The translations under genes and the position numbers were made by a program. Source: Macrostomum lignano (Eukaryota). Taken from it: a DNA stretch of 64,000 nucleotides. Each line of letters starts with the position of its first letter. Position 1 is the first letter of the stretch. The notes beneath the pieces were generated by a model. The model saw nothing but the letters and a program-made list of their open reading frames with translations, made no database searches and was not told the DNA's origin. The stretch covers positions 1 through 64,000 of the forward strand of contig NIVC01000019.1 in NCBI GenBank assembly GCA_002269645.1, written 5' to 3'. Below are positions 39,801 to 52,618 of this stretch, in pieces.

Positions 39801-41270
39801 AAGCTGAGACCCGAGAGCAGGTAAAATAATCAATTCTATTCGCAAACCTTTGCGATTTCATAAAATTTAAGATTTGTTTTTTTCGGCGCGCATCCTCAGG
39901 TGGCGGCAGCGCGCGCCGCTCTGCGACCGACCCAGCTGCGTCGCTTCTTCAACGTCTGGTCGCTTCGCGCCGATGAGCTGGTGCTGATGCGGCTAAAGCT
40001 CTGCCACGCCCAGCTTCACTCGGATCGGCGCCAACTGTCTGGCGCATTCTCCAATTGGCGCCGGGCTGTTGCCAAGCGGCGCCAGACTCGCGCCGCTATC
40101 CAACTAGCCGATCAGCATCGGCGCCTGGCGCTGCAACGGAGCGCTTTTCTAGCTTGGCTGGAAGCTCGCCAGCGCGCCAGGTTGGCGCAGCGCCAATCCG
40201 AGGCGGCGCTCTGGCACTGGGCGCTGCGCCTGCAGGCGCGCTGCCTCCTAGCCTGGCTGCAGTTCTCGCGCGCTCGCGTCTACGAGCGCCAGCGACGTTT
40301 GCTAGCGGCGCAGCGCTACCGGCGCCATCTGATTAGCGACGCGGTGTCGCGCTGGATGACCACGGCGGCCTGCTTGAGCGGCCTGCGCGCCTCCTGGGCG
40401 GCCGACTGCCAGCTGGAGGCGGCCCAGCGCCGGCTTGAAACCGCCAGACGGGCCGGCGCGCATTGGCGCCGCTGGGCGAGGGAGCGCGCCGCGCGAAACG
40501 CCCTACGACGAGCCTCAACAACGGCAGCATTGCCGACCGCCTCGCCGCCTGCCGCGTCTGCCCGTCCTGCATCGCAGCCGACTTTCACTCAGCAATCGGC
40601 CTCAATTCGTCAGTCGTTGCTTCGTCAGTTGCAGCAGCAACGGAGGCCGCCGCCCAAGTGTCCCGAGTTTCTCCGCTCGGAGATGTCTGACTTGATGATG
40701 ACGTCATCAACTGCGGCGGGAGCAGCGCCGGCCACCGATTTGACATTCGATGTCATCAGACACGAAGCCGCCTCTACTGTTCAGCAGCCTTTATCGATTC
40801 CTACTACTGCTGCTGTCAGTAGTATAGGCCAGGCGCTAAATGGCAATTGCAATAATGCTCTGTCTGGCACTCTGCCATTTTCCACTGCCTATGCTGCTGT
40901 TGCCGAGGAGGAGTCCGATGACAGCGACAGCGAGGGCCTGCTGACGCCTGGAGACTTTGACGTGGTGTCACCGCCGCCGCCGCCGCCAAAGACGGTGACA
41001 ATACTCGATTCGGCCACGCTGAAATCTGAGCTGCTGCTGATTCGCGACCAGCTGGCCGATTTGAAGGCCAAGCGACGCCGATTGGACGATATTTGCCGAC
41101 GCGATGTTGCTATTGGCAACGAGGACAACGAAGAGGAGGCGACGGCAGCGGCGGCGGCGGCGTTAAAAGCGGAGCGGCTCCGTCTGGAGAGCGTGCTGGC
41201 CGCGCTCGAGCCGGACGCTGAGGCCCTGGCCACCAGGGCTCGCGAGATTCTGGGGCTGCTGGGCTTGTGA
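36814..41270 (+). CDS. SFI1: Centrin-binding centriolar protein SFI1 (4 exons: 36814-37367, 38106-39039, 39116-39820, 39900-41270; 1187 aa)
   Basis: [20 protein letters not shown] matches the SFI1 N-terminal conserved block, followed by many Sfi1 repeats (A..H/Y..RLL...F/W..W). Phases are consistent across three GT-AG introns. Confidence 0.92.
37400..38085. repeat. 21-bp and 16-bp minisatellite (AGGCTTATCTCACCT core) in SFI1 intron 1
   Basis: Direct inspection. Confidence 0.95.
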
Positions 41271-41400
41271 ATCGTTATAGTCTACTAGTGGTAGCACTGA
41301 GTTCAGTAGTGCTGGCGTAGTTTAATTTATTGCTTTACCTGCTGACTGGCTTGCTTTGCGTCGATCCTGAGGCTGTTCAATGCGCTGGGCTATTGAACAT

Positions 41401-44400
41401 CCCTCCCAGATCCTCAGTTGCTGGGCCAGCCTCCCAGATCCTCAGTTGCTGCGCCAGCCTCCCAGATTCTCAGTTGCTGGGCCAGCCTCCCAGTGTCAGT
41501 TGCTAGGCCAGCCTCCCAGTGTCAGTTGCTGGGCCAGCCTCCCAGTGTCAGTTGCTGGGCCAGCCTTCCAGTGTCAGTTGCTGCGCCAGCCTCCCAGATT
41601 CTCAGTTGCTGGGCCAGCCTCCCAGTGTCAGTTGCTAGGCCAGCCTCCCAGTGTCAGTTGCTGGGCCAGCCTCCCAGTGTCAGTTGCTGGGCCAGCCTTC
41701 CAGTGTCAGTTGCTAGGCCAGCCTTCCAGATCCTCAGTTGCTGGGCCAGCCTTCCAGATCCTCAGTTGCTGGGCCAGCCTCCCAGATCCTCAGTTGCTGG
41801 GCCAGCCTCCCAGATCCTCAGTTGCTGGGCCAGCCTCCCAGATCCCCAGTTGCTGGGCCAGCCTCCCAGATCCTCAGTTGCTGCGCCAGCCTCCCAGATT
41901 CTCAGTTGCTGGGCCAGCCTCCCAGATCCTCAGTTGCTGGGCCAGCCTTCCAGATCCTCAGTTGCTGGGCCAGCCTTCCAGATCCTCAGTTGCTGGGCCA
42001 GCCTCCCAGATCCTCAGTTGCTGGGCCAGCCTCCCAGATCCTCAGTTGCTGGGCCAGCCTCCCAGATCCCCAGTTGCTGGGCCAGCCTCCCAGATCCTCA
42101 GTTGCTGCGCCAGCCTCCCAGATTCTCAGTTGCTGGGCCAGCCTCCCAGATCCTCAGTTGCTGGGCCAGCCTTCCAGATCCTCAGTTGCTGGGCCAGCCT
42201 CCCAGATCCTCAGTTGCTGGGCCAGCCTCCCAGATCCTCAGTTGCTGGGCCAGCCTCCCAGATCCCCAGTTGCTGGGCCAGCCTCCCAGATCCTCAGTTG
42301 CTGCGCCAGCCTCCCAGATTCTCAGTTGCTGGGCCAGCCTCCCAGATCCTCAGTTGCTGGGCCAGCCTCCCAGATCCCCAGTTGCTGGGCCAGCCTCCCA
42401 GATCCTCAGTTGCTGCGCCAGCCTCCCAGATTCTCAGTTGCTGGGCCAGCCTCCCAGTGTCAGTTGCTAGGCCAGCCTCCCAGTGTCAGTTGCTGGGCCA
42501 GCCTCCCAGTGTCAGTTGCTGGGCCAGCCTTCCAGTGTCAGTTGCTAGGCCAGCCTTCCAGATCCTCAGTTGCTGGGCCAGCCTTCCAGATCCTCAGTTG
42601 CTGGGCCAGCCTCCCAGATCCTCAGTTGCTGGGCCAGCCTCCCAGATCCTCAGTTGCTGGGCCAGCCTCCCAGATCCCCAGTTGCTGGGCCAGCCTCCCA
42701 GATCCTCAGTTGCTGCGCCAGCCTCCCAGATTCTCAGTTGCTGGGCCAGCCTCCCAGATCCTCAGTTGCTGGGCCAGCCTCCCAGATCCCCAGTTGCTGG
42801 GCCAGCCTCCCAGATCCTCAGTTGCTGCGCCAGCCTCCCAGATTCTCAGTTGCTGGTCCAGCCTCCCAGTGTCAGTTGCTAGGCCAGCCTCCCAGTGTCA
42901 GTTGCTGGGCCAGCCTCCAGTGTCAGTTGCTGGGCCAGCCTTCCAGTGTCAGTTGCTAGGCCAGCCTTCCAGATCCTCAGTTGCTGGGCCAGCCTTCCAG
43001 ATCCTCAGTTGCTGGGCCAGCCTCCCAGATCCTCAGTTGCTGGGCCAGCCTCCCAGATCCTCAGTTGCTGGGCCAGCCTCCCAGATCCCAGTTGCTGGGC
43101 CAGCCTCCCAGATCCTCAGTTGCTGCGCCAGCCTCCCAGATTCTCAGTTGCTGGGCCAGCCTCCCAGATCCTCAGTTGCTGGGCCAGCCTCCCAGATCCC
43201 CAGTTGCTGGGCCAGCCTCCCAGATCCTCAGTTGCTGCGCCAGCCTCCCAGATTCTCAGTTGCTGGGCCAGCCTCCCAGTGTCAGTTGCTAGGCCAGCCT
43301 CCCAGTGTCAGTTGCTGGGCCAGCCTCCCAGTGTCAGTTGCTGGGCCAGCCTTCCAGTGTCAGTTGCTGGGCCAGCCTTCCAGTGTCAGTTGCTGGGCCA
43401 GCCTCCCAGATCCTCAGTTGCTGGGCCAGCCTCCCAGATCCTCAGTTGCTGGGCCAGCCTCCCAGATCCTCAGTTGCTGGGCCAGCCTCCCAGATCCTCA
43501 GTTGCTGGGCCAGCCTCCCAGATCCTCAGTTGCTGGGCCAGCCTCCCAGATCCTCAGTTGCTGGGCCAGCCTCCCAGATCCTCAGTTGCTGGGCCAGCCT
43601 CCCAGATCCCCAGTTGCTGGGCCAGCCTCCCAGATCCTCAGTTGCTGCGCCAGCCTCCCAGATTCTCAGTTGCTGGGCCAGCCTCCCAGTGTCAGTTGCT
43701 AGGCCAGCCTCCCAGTGTCAGTTGCTGGGCCAGCCTCCCAGTGTCAGTTGCTGGGCCAGCCTTCCAGTGTCAGTTGCTAGGCCAGCCTTCCAGATCCTCA
43801 GTTGCTGGGCCAGCCTTCCAGATCCTCAGTTGCTGGGCCAGCCTCCCAGATCCCCAGTTGCTGGGCCAGCCTCCCAGATCCTCAGTTGCTGCGCCAGCCT
43901 CCCAGATTCTCAGTTGCTGGGCCAGCCTCCCAGATCCTCAGTTGCTGGGCCAGCCTCCCAGATCCTCAGTTGCTGGGCCAGCCTCCCAGATCCCCAGTTG
44001 CTGGGCCAGCCTCCCAGATCCTCAGTTGCTGCGCCAGCCTCCCAGATTCTCAGTTGCTGGGCCAGCCTCCCAGATCCTCAGTTGCTGGGCCAGCCTCCCA
44101 GATCCCAGTTGCTGGGCCAGCCTCCCAGATCCTCAGTTGCTGCGCCAGCCTCCCAGATTCTCAGTTGCTGGGCCAGCCTCCAGTGTCAGTTGCTAGGCCA
44201 GCCTCCCAGTGTCAGTTGCTGGGCCAGCCTCCCAGTGTCAGTTGCTGGGCCAGCCTTCCAGTGTCAGTTGCTAGGCCAGCCTTCCAGATCCTCAGTTGCT
44301 GGGCCAGCCTTCCAGATCCTCAGTTGCTGGGCCAGCCTTCCAGATCCTCAGTTGCTGGGCCAGCCTTCCAGATCCTCAGTTGCTGGGCCAGCCTTCCAGA

Positions 44401-47400
44401 TCCTCAGTTGCTGGGCCAGCCTCCCAGATCCTCAGTTGCTGGGCCAGCCTTCCAGATCCTCAGTTGCTGGGCCAGCCTTCTAGATCCTCAGTTGCTGGGC
44501 CAGCCTTCCAGATCCTAAGTTGCTGGGCCAGCCTCCCAGATCCTCAGTTGCTGGGCCAGCCTCCCAGATCCTCAGTTGCTGCGCCAGCCTCCCAGATTCT
44601 CAGTTGCTGGGCCAGCCTCCCAGATCCTCAGTTGCTGGGCCAGCCTCCCAGATCCCCAGTTGCTGGGCCAGCCTCCCAGATCCTCAGTTGCTGCGCCAGC
44701 CTCCCAGATTCTCAGTTGCTGGGCCAGCCTCCCAGTGTCAGTTGCTAGGCCAGCCTCCCAGTGTCAGTTGCTGGGCCAGCCTCCAGTGTCAGTTGCTGGG
44801 CCAGCCTTCCAGTGTCAGTTGCTAGGCCAGCCTTCCAGATCCTCAGTTGCTGGGCCAGCCTTCCAGATCCTCAGTTGCTGGGCCAGCCTTCCAGATCCTC
44901 AGTTGCTAGGCCAGCCTTCCAGATCCTCAGTTGCTGGGCCAGCCTTCCAGATCCTCAGTTGCTGGGCCAGCCTTCCAGATCCTCAGTTGCTGGGCCAGCC
45001 TTCCAGATCCTCAGTTGCTGGGCCAGCCTCCCAGATCCCAGTTGCTGGGCCAGCCTCCCAGATCCTCAGTTGCTGGGCCAGCCTCCCAGATCCCAGTTGC
45101 TGGGCCAGCCTCCCAGATCCTCAGTTGCTGCGCCAGCCTCCCAGATTCTCAGTTGCTGGGCCAGCCTCCCAGTGTCAGTTGCTAGGCCAGCCTCCCAGTG
45201 TCAGTTGCTGGGCCAGCCTCCCAGTGTCAGTTGCTGGGCCAGCCTTCCAGTGTCAGTTGCTAGGCCAGCCTTCCAGATCCTCAGTTGCTGGGCCAGCCTC
45301 CCAGTGTCAGTTGCTGGGCCAGCCTTCCAGTGTCAGTTGCTAGGCCAGCCTTCCAGATCCTCAGTTGCTGCGCCAGCCTCCCAGATTCTCAGTTGCTGGG
45401 CCAGCCTCCCAGATCCTCAGTTGCTGGGCCAGCCTCCCAGATCCCAGTTGCTGGGCCAGCCTCCAGATCCTCAGTTGCTGCGCCAGCCTCCCAGTGTCAG
45501 TTGCTAGGCCAGCCTCCCAGTGTCAGTTGCTGGGCCAGCCTCCCAGTGTCAGTTGCTGGGCCAGCCTTCCAGTGTCAGTTGCTGGGCCAGCCTTCCAGAT
45601 CCTCAGTTGCTGGGCCAGCCTCCCAGATCCTCAGTTGCTGGGCCAGCCTCCCAGATCCTCAGTTGCTGGGCCAGCCTCCCAGATCCTCAGTTGCTGGGCC
45701 AGCCTCCCAGTGTCAGTTGCTGGGCCAGCCTCCCAGTGTCAGTTGCTGGGCCAGCCTTCCAGTGTCAGTTGCTGGGCCAGCCTTCCAGATCCTCAGTTGC
45801 TGGGCCAGCCTCCCAGATCCTCAGTTGCTGGGCCAGCCTCCCAGATCCTCAGTTGCTAGGCCAGCCTCCCAGTGTCAGTTGCTGGGCCAGCCTCCCAGTG
45901 TCAGTTGCTGGGCCAGCCTTCCAGTGTCAGTTGCTAGGCCAGCCTTCCAGATCCTCAGTTGCTGGGCCAGCCTTCCAGATCCTCAGTTGCTGGGCCAGCC
46001 TTCCAGATCCTCAGTTGCTAGGCCAGCCTTCCAGATCCTCAGTTGCTGGGCCAGCCTTCCAGATCCTCAGTTGCTGGGCCAGCCTTCCAGATCCTCAGTT
46101 GCTGGGCCAGCCTTCCAGATCCTCAGTTGCTGGGCCAGCCTCCCAGATCCCCAGTTGCTGGGCCAGCCTCCCAGATCCTCAGTTGCTGGGCCAGCCTCCC
46201 AGATCCCCAGTTGCTGGGCCAGCCTCCCAGATCCTCAGTTGCTGCGCCAGCCTCCCAGATTCTCAGTTGCTGGGCCAGCCTCCCAGTGTCAGTTGCTAGG
46301 CCAGCCTCCCAGTGTCAGTTGCTGGGCCAGCCTCCCAGTGTCAGTTGCTGGGCCAGCCTTCCAGTGTCAGTTGCTAGGCCAGCCTTCCAGATCCTCAGTT
46401 GCTGGGCCAGCCTCCCAGTGTCAGTTGCTGGGCCAGCCTTCCAGTGTCAGTTGCTAGGCCAGCCTTCCAGATCCTCAGTTGCTGCGCCAGCCTCCCAGAT
46501 TCTCAGTTGCTGGGCCAGCCTCCCAGATCCTCAGTTGCTGGGCCAGCCTCCCAGATCCCCAGTTGCTGGGCCAGCCTTCCAGATCCTCAGTTGCTGCGCC
46601 AGCCTCCCAGTGTCAGTTGCTAGGCCAGCCTCCCAGTGTCAGTTGCTGGGCCAGCCTCCCAGTGTCAGTTGCTGGGCCAGCCTTCCAGTGTCAGTTGCTG
46701 GGCCAGCCTTCCAGATCCTCAGTTGCTGGGCCAGCCTCCCAGATCCTCAGTTGCTGGGCCAGCCTCCCAGATCCTCAGTTGCTGGGCCAGCCTCCAGATC
46801 CTCAGTTGCTGGGCCAGCCTCCCAGTGTCAGTTGCTAGGCCAGCCTCCCAGTGTCAGTTGCTGGGCCAGCCTCCCAGTGTCAGTTGCTGGGCCAGCCTTC
46901 CAGTGTCAGTTGCTAGGCCAGCCTTCCAGATCCTCAGTTGCTGGGCCAGCCTTCCAGATCCTCAGTTGCTGGGCCAGCCTTCCAGATCCTCAGTTGCTGG
47001 GCCAGCCTTCCAGATCCTCAGTTGCTGGGCCAGCCTTCCAGATCCTCAGTTGCTGGGCCAGCCTCCCAGATCCTCAGTTGCTGGGCCAGCCTCCCAGATC
47101 CTCAGTTGCTGGGCCAGCCTTCCAGATCCTCAGTTGCTGGGCCAGCCTTCCAGATCCTCAGTTGCTGGGCCAGCCTCCCAGATCCTCAGTTGCTGGGCCA
47201 GCCTCCCAGATCCTCAGTTGCTGCGCCAGCCTCCCAGATTCTCAGTTGCTGGGCCAGCCTCCCAGATCCTCAGTTGCTGGGCCAGCCTCCCAGATCCCAG
47301 TTGCTGGGCCAGCCTCCCAGATCCTCAGTTGCTGCGCCAGCCTCCCAGATTCTCAGTTGCTGGGCCAGCCTCCCAGTGTCAGTTGCTAGGCCAGCCTCCC

Positions 47401-50400
47401 AGTGTCAGTTGCTGGGCCAGCCTCCCAGTGTCAGTTGCTGGGCCAGCCTTCCAGTGTCAGTTGCTAGGCCAGCCTTCCAGATCCTCAGTTGCTGGGCCAG
47501 CCTTCCAGATCCTCAGTTGCTGGGCCAGCCTTCCAGATCCTCAGTTGCTGGGCCAGCCTTCCAGATCCTCAGTTGCTGGGCCAGCCTTCCAGATCCTCAG
47601 TTGCTGGGCCAGCCTCCCAGATCCTCAGTTGCTGGGCCAGCCTTCCAGATCCTCAGTTGCTGGGCCAGCCTCCCAGATCCTCAGTTGCTGGGCCAGCCTC
47701 CCAGATCCTCAGTTGCTGGGCCAGCCTCCCAGATCCCCAGTTGCTGGGCCAGCCTCCCAGATCCTCAGTTGCTGCGCCAGCCTCCCAGATTCTCAGTTGC
47801 TGGGCCAGCCTCCCAGTGTCAGTTGCTAGGCCAGCCTTCCAGATCCTCAGTTGCTGGGCCAGCCTTCCAGATCCTCAGTTGCTGGGCCAGCCTCCCAGAT
47901 CCTCAGTTGCTGGGCCAGCCTCCCAGATCCTCAGTTGCTGGGCCAGCCTCCCAGATCCCAGTTGCTGGGCCAGCCTCCCAGATCCTCAGTTGCTGCGCCA
48001 GCCTCCCAGATTCTCAGTTGCTGGGCCAGCCTCCCAGATCCTCAGTTGCTGGGCCAGCCTCCCAGATCCCAGTTGCTGCGCCAGCCTCCCAGATTCTCAG
48101 TTGCTGGGCCAGCCTCCCAGTGTCAGTTGCTAGGCCAGCCTCCCAGTGTCAGTTGCTGGGCCAGCCTCCCAGTGTCAGTTGCTGGGCCAGCCTTCCAGTG
48201 TCAGTTGCTGGGCCAGCCTTCCAGTGTCAGTTGCTGGGCCAGCCTCCCAGATCCTCAGTTGCTGGGCCAGCCTCCCAGATCCTCAGTTGCTGGGCCAGCC
48301 TCCCAGATCCTCAGTTGCTGGGCCAGCCTCCCAGATCCTCAGTTGCTGGGCCAGCCTCCCAGATCCTCAGTTGCTGGGCCAGCCTCCCAGATCCTCAGTT
48401 GCTGGGCCAGCCTCCCAGATCCTCAGTTGCTGGGCCAGCCTCCCAGATCCTCAGTTGCTGGGCCAGCCTCCCAGATCCTCAGTTGCTGGGCCAGCCTTCC
48501 AGATCCTCAGTTGCTGGGCCAGCCTTCCAGATCCTCAGTTGCTGGGCCAGCCTTCCAGATCCTCAGTTGCTGGGCCAGCCTTCCAGATCCTCAGTTGCTG
48601 GGCCAGCCTCCCAGATCCTCAGTTGCTGGGCCAGCCTTCCAGATCCTCAGTTGCTGGGCCAGCCTCCCAGATCCTCAGTTGCTGGGCCAGCCTCCCAGAT
48701 CCTCAGTTGCTGGGCCAGCCTCCCAGTGTCAGTTGCTAGGCCAGCCTCCCAGTGTCAGTTGCTGGGCCAGCCTCCCAGTGTCAGTTGCTGGGCCAGCCTT
48801 CCAGTGTCAGTTGCTGGGCCAGCCTTCCAGTGTCAGTTGCTGGGCCAGCCTCCCAGATCCTCAGTTGCTGGGCCAGCCTCCCAGATCCTCAGTTGCTGGG
48901 CCAGCCTCCCAGATCCTCAGTTGCTGGGCCAGCCTCCCAGATCCTCAGTTGCTGGGCCAGCCTCCCAGATCCTCAGTTGCTGGGCCAGCCTCCCAGATCC
49001 TCAGTTGCTGGGCCAGCCTCCCAGATCCTCAGTTGCTGGGCCAGCCTCCCAGATCCTCAGTTGCTGGGCCAGCCTCCAGATCCTCAGTTGCTGGGCCAGC
49101 CTCCCAGATCCTCAGTTGCTGGGCCAGCCTTCCAGATCCTCAGTTGCTGGGCCAGCCTCCCAGATCCTCAGTTGCTGGGCCAGCCTCCCAGATCCTCAGT
49201 TGCTGGGCCAGCCTCCCAGATCCCAGTTGCTGGGCCAGCCTCCCAGATCCTCAGTTGCTGCGCCAGCCTCCCAGATTCTCAGTTGCTGGGCCAGCCTCCC
49301 AGTGTCAGTTGCTAGGCCAGCCTTCCAGATCCTCAGTTGCTGGGCCAGCCTTCCAGATCCTCAGTTGCTGGGCCAGCCTCCCAGATCCTCAGTTGCTGGG
49401 CCAGCCTCCCAGATCCTCAGTTGCTGGGCCAGCCTCCCAGATCCCCAGTTGCTGGGCCAGCCTCCCAGATCCTCAGTTGCTGCGCCAGCCTCCCAGATTC
49501 TCAGTTGCTGGGCCAGCCTCCCAGATCCTCAGTTGCTGGGCCAGCCTCCCAGATCCCCAGTTGCTGCGCCAGCCTCCCAGATTCTCAGTTGCTGGGCCAG
49601 CCTCCCAGTGTCAGTTGCTAGGCCAGCCTCCCAGTGTCAGTTGCTGGGCCAGCCTCCCAGTGTCAGTTGCTGGGCCAGCCTTCCAGTGTCAGTTGCTGGG
49701 CCAGCCTTCCAGTGTCAGTTGCTGGGCCAGCCTCCCAGATCCTCAGTTGCTGGGCCAGCCTCCCAGATCCTCAGTTGCTGGGCCAGCCTCCCAGATCCTC
49801 AGTTGCTGGGCCAGCCTCCCAGATCCTCAGTTGCTGGGCCAGCCTCCCAGATCCTCAGTTGCTGGGCCAGCCTCCCAGATCCTCAGTTGCTGGGCCAGCC
49901 TCCCAGATCCTCAGTTGCTGGGCCAGCCTCCCAGATCCTCAGTTGCTGGGCCAGCCTCCCAGATCCTCAGTTGCTGGGCCAGCCTTCCAGATCCTCAGTT
50001 GCTGGGCCAGCCTTCCAGATCCTCAGTTGCTGGGCCAGCCTTCCAGATCCTCAGTTGCTGGGCCAGCCTTCCAGATCCTCAGTTGCTGGGCCAGCCTCCC
50101 AGATCCTCAGTTGCTGGGCCAGCCTTCCAGATCCTCAGTTGCTGGGCCAGCCTCCCAGATCCTCAGTTGCTGGGCCAGCCTCCCAGATCCTCAGTTGCTG
50201 GGCCAGCCTCCCAGTGTCAGTTGCTAGGCCAGCCTCCCAGTGTCAGTTGCTGGGCCAGCCTCCCAGTGTCAGTTGCTGGGCCAGCCTTCCAGTGTCAGTT
50301 GCTGGGCCAGCCTTCCAGTGTCAGTTGCTGGGCCAGCCTCCCAGATCCTCAGTTGCTGGGCCAGCCTCCCAGATCCTCAGTTGCTGGGCCAGCCTCCCAG

Positions 50401-50833
50401 ATCCTCAGTTGCTGGGCCAGCCTCCCAGATCCTCAGTTGCTGGGCCAGCCTCCCAGATCCTCAGTTGCTGGGCCAGCCTCCCAGATCCTCAGTTGCTGGG
50501 CCAGCCTCCCAGATCCTCAGTTGCTGGGCCAGCCTCCCAGATCCTCAGTTGCTGGGCCAGCCTCCCAGATCCTCAGTTGCTGGGCCAGCCTTCCAGATCC
50601 TCAGTTGCTGGGCCAGCCTTCCAGATCCTCAGTTGCTGGGCCAGCCTTCCAGATCCTCAGTTGCTGGGCCAGCCTTCCAGATCCTCAGTTGCTGGGCCAG
50701 CCTCCCAGATCCTCAGTTGCTGGGCCAGCCTTCCAGATCCTCAGTTGCTGGGCCAGCCTCCCAGATCCTCAGTTGCTGGGCCAGCCTCCCAGATCCTCAG
50801 TTGCTGGGCCAGCCTCCCAGATCCTCAGTTGCC
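41401..50833. repeat. 9.4-kb satellite of 28-bp (CAGTTGCTGGGCCAGCCTCCCAGATCCT) and 26-bp (...CCCAGTGT) units with higher-order structure
   Basis: Continuous array. Identical ORF-track translations at 48146 and 49634 give a 1488-bp higher-order period; a 606-bp sub-period is seen from 48146 to 48752. Confidence 0.98.
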
Positions 50834-51221
50834 TAAAACCTACATCTATGCTACGAATTGTTTAACGGTTGCTTCTGTAAATCCGTCCATTTCTCAAGAT
50901 TTGACCTCTTGTTAGCAACTTGGTTTTCCACTTTTTAGTTTTATCTCTCACAAGTTTCAAAAGCTTTACTTGTTTAAAAAGGAGTTCACAGTTAGTCTAA
51001 GCTATAAAATTCATTCAATCCCAGTTTCCCATCGTCTCAAGGCTGCAGGTGCTGGTCATTTAAATTAATCCTTGATGACGCAATCTGTCCATTTTGCGAC
51101 ATTTTTTGTAGAATTTGCACTTTTTCTAAAAATAAAACAAAAATAGTTAATGTTTTAGCTATTGTGTTTAGACTTCTTTTTTCAACAAAGTTTATTTTAT
51201 GTAGATAATATTTATAGTAAT

Positions 51222-51519
51222 TATAATAATAATAGTAATTGATTACACCTTCCCCGATTAGACCGACAGCTCAGCCGCAGATATTTGCGCAGCGCATCTG
51301 AAGGCTGCGCACGGCTGTTCAGTCCAAGGACTGGGGAGTCGCCACACAGCCTCAGTTACCCCAGCTAATGCTGGCACCCATTTTACAGCTGGGTGAACTG
51401 AAGCAATGCAGAGTTAAGTGTCTTGCTCAAGGACTCAAATTGTTCCAGTGGGATCGGGAATCGAACCCCCGACCTTTCAGTCGTGAGTCTGACGCTCTAG
51501 CCTGTAAGCTACAACCCCC
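51222..51519 (-). mobile_element. tRNA-derived CORE-SINE
   Basis: Minus-strand head GGGGGTTGTAGCTTACAGG..GGTTCGATTCC; CORE-like GTCCTTGAGCAAGACACTTAAC..CAGCTGTAAAATGGG; (ATT)n-like tail; no clear TSD. Confidence 0.85.
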
Positions 51520-51628
51520 TTCATTAGATATTATGCAGATAGAAGTTCTATATCTGCTACTTACGTTCCAGGAGTACAGTCAGTAGTATGTTCATTCTGC
51601 TTGTCTTTAGATATGTAAAATAATTTCT

Positions 51629-52618
51629 ATGAAACCGAAATTCCAGCGACCAGCGGTTGCCATGCAATCTCTGACGCGTCGCCGCCATTTTGGCGCCGCA
51701 GGCTTTCTATTATTATCGTCGTCTTCGTTAGCGCCAAAATCGGCGCTACTAGCCGGCGCCAGTCGCTCTCTGGCGTCGTCGTCAGCCTCCGCATCGGGCG
51801 GCGGCGGCGGGCCGAAGCCGCGCGAGCCAGCCCGAGTGCGGTCGGACAACGCGCCTCTCTACGAGCAGATACGCCGTGAACGGCGCGGCATCACCGAGCG
51901 AGTGGCGCTAGAAAAGCGCCGGGCCGATTTGCGCCGGCGCCAGATTGAAGCGTCGGCAGAAGATGACGCCGCTACGCCGTCGACGGCGTCGACGAAGCAA
52001 CAGCAGCAGCTCCGGGCGGCCCGGGCCAAGCCGGTGCAGCTGCCGCCCAACTGCCTGCCCTGGCGCGACTACGCGCTGTTCGCCGACCCGCCCCGGCTGC
52101 AGCCGTTGAAGTCGCTCGACAGCGCCGAGGACGGCGGCAGCTTCGCCAGCCTGCTCCGCCGCAGCTCGTTTGTCGGGCTGGGCAACTTCGAGAATCGGAT
52201 AGTGGCCGGCCGCGTGTTCGAGCGCTATGAGGGCAGCCTCTACGTGGACTTTGGCGGCAAGTTCCACGCCGTGTGCCCGGCGCCGCGGGTGAACAATGAG
52301 AAGTACGTGCGCGGCGCTCAGGTGCTGCTCCGCCTCATCGATCCCGAGATGACGTCGCGGTTTCTCGGCTCAGAGCGTCACGTGACGCTTGGCGAAGCGG
52401 ACGCCGTGCTGTTGGGCCTCCGGCCTGCCGAGCCCGGACACGTGGCCGAGCTAATAGCGGACAGCGGCTACAGTCCAGACAGTCAGCTGACGGACGGTGG
52501 CGCAGAGGCGGACACGGTGAGCCCGCTGAGGCTGTCGGTGCTGCAGCCGGCCCTGCTGGAGGAGGCGGCGGCCGTTGACCAGCCCGGCCCAATGGACGAT
52601 TGGACCGGTCCAGTTTAA
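51629..52618 (+). CDS. MRPS28: Mitochondrial ribosomal protein bS1m (MRPS28), single coding exon
   Basis: SFASLLRRS...GRVF...LYVDFGGKFHAVC..P....KY.RG..V.LRL.D.EMTSRFLG......EADAVLLG; Arg/Ser/Ala-rich presequence-like N-terminus. Confidence 0.93.
   Translation: MKPKFQRPAVAMQSLTRRRHFGAAGFLLLSSSSLAPKSALLAGASRSLASSSASASGGGGGPKPREPARVRSDNAPLYEQIRRERRGITERVALEKRRADLRRRQIEASAEDDAATPSTASTKQQQQLRAARAKPVQLPPNCLPWRDYALFADPPRLQPLKSLDSAEDGGSFASLLRRSSFVGLGNFENRIVAGRVFERYEGSLYVDFGGKFHAVCPAPRVNNEKYVRGAQVLLRLIDPEMTSRFLGSERHVTLGEADAVLLGLRPAEPGHVAELIADSGYSPDSQLTDGGAEADTVSPLRLSVLQPALLEEAAAVDQPGPMDDWTGPV

Noticed and set aside
41401-50833. CRISPR-like array
   Set aside because: Units are contiguous with no unique spacers, the context is eukaryotic, and there are no cas genes.
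41380-50915. Very long ORFs (up to 1325 aa) in all three + frames
   Set aside because: They are translations of a 26/28-bp satellite that lacks + strand stops except in the GCTAGG variant. The same peptide text appears in every frame, so there is no coding signal.
51448-51519. Functional tRNA gene on the minus strand
   Set aside because: The anticodon arm is non-canonical (4-bp stem, 8-nt loop) and the sequence runs directly into a CORE domain; it is a SINE head.
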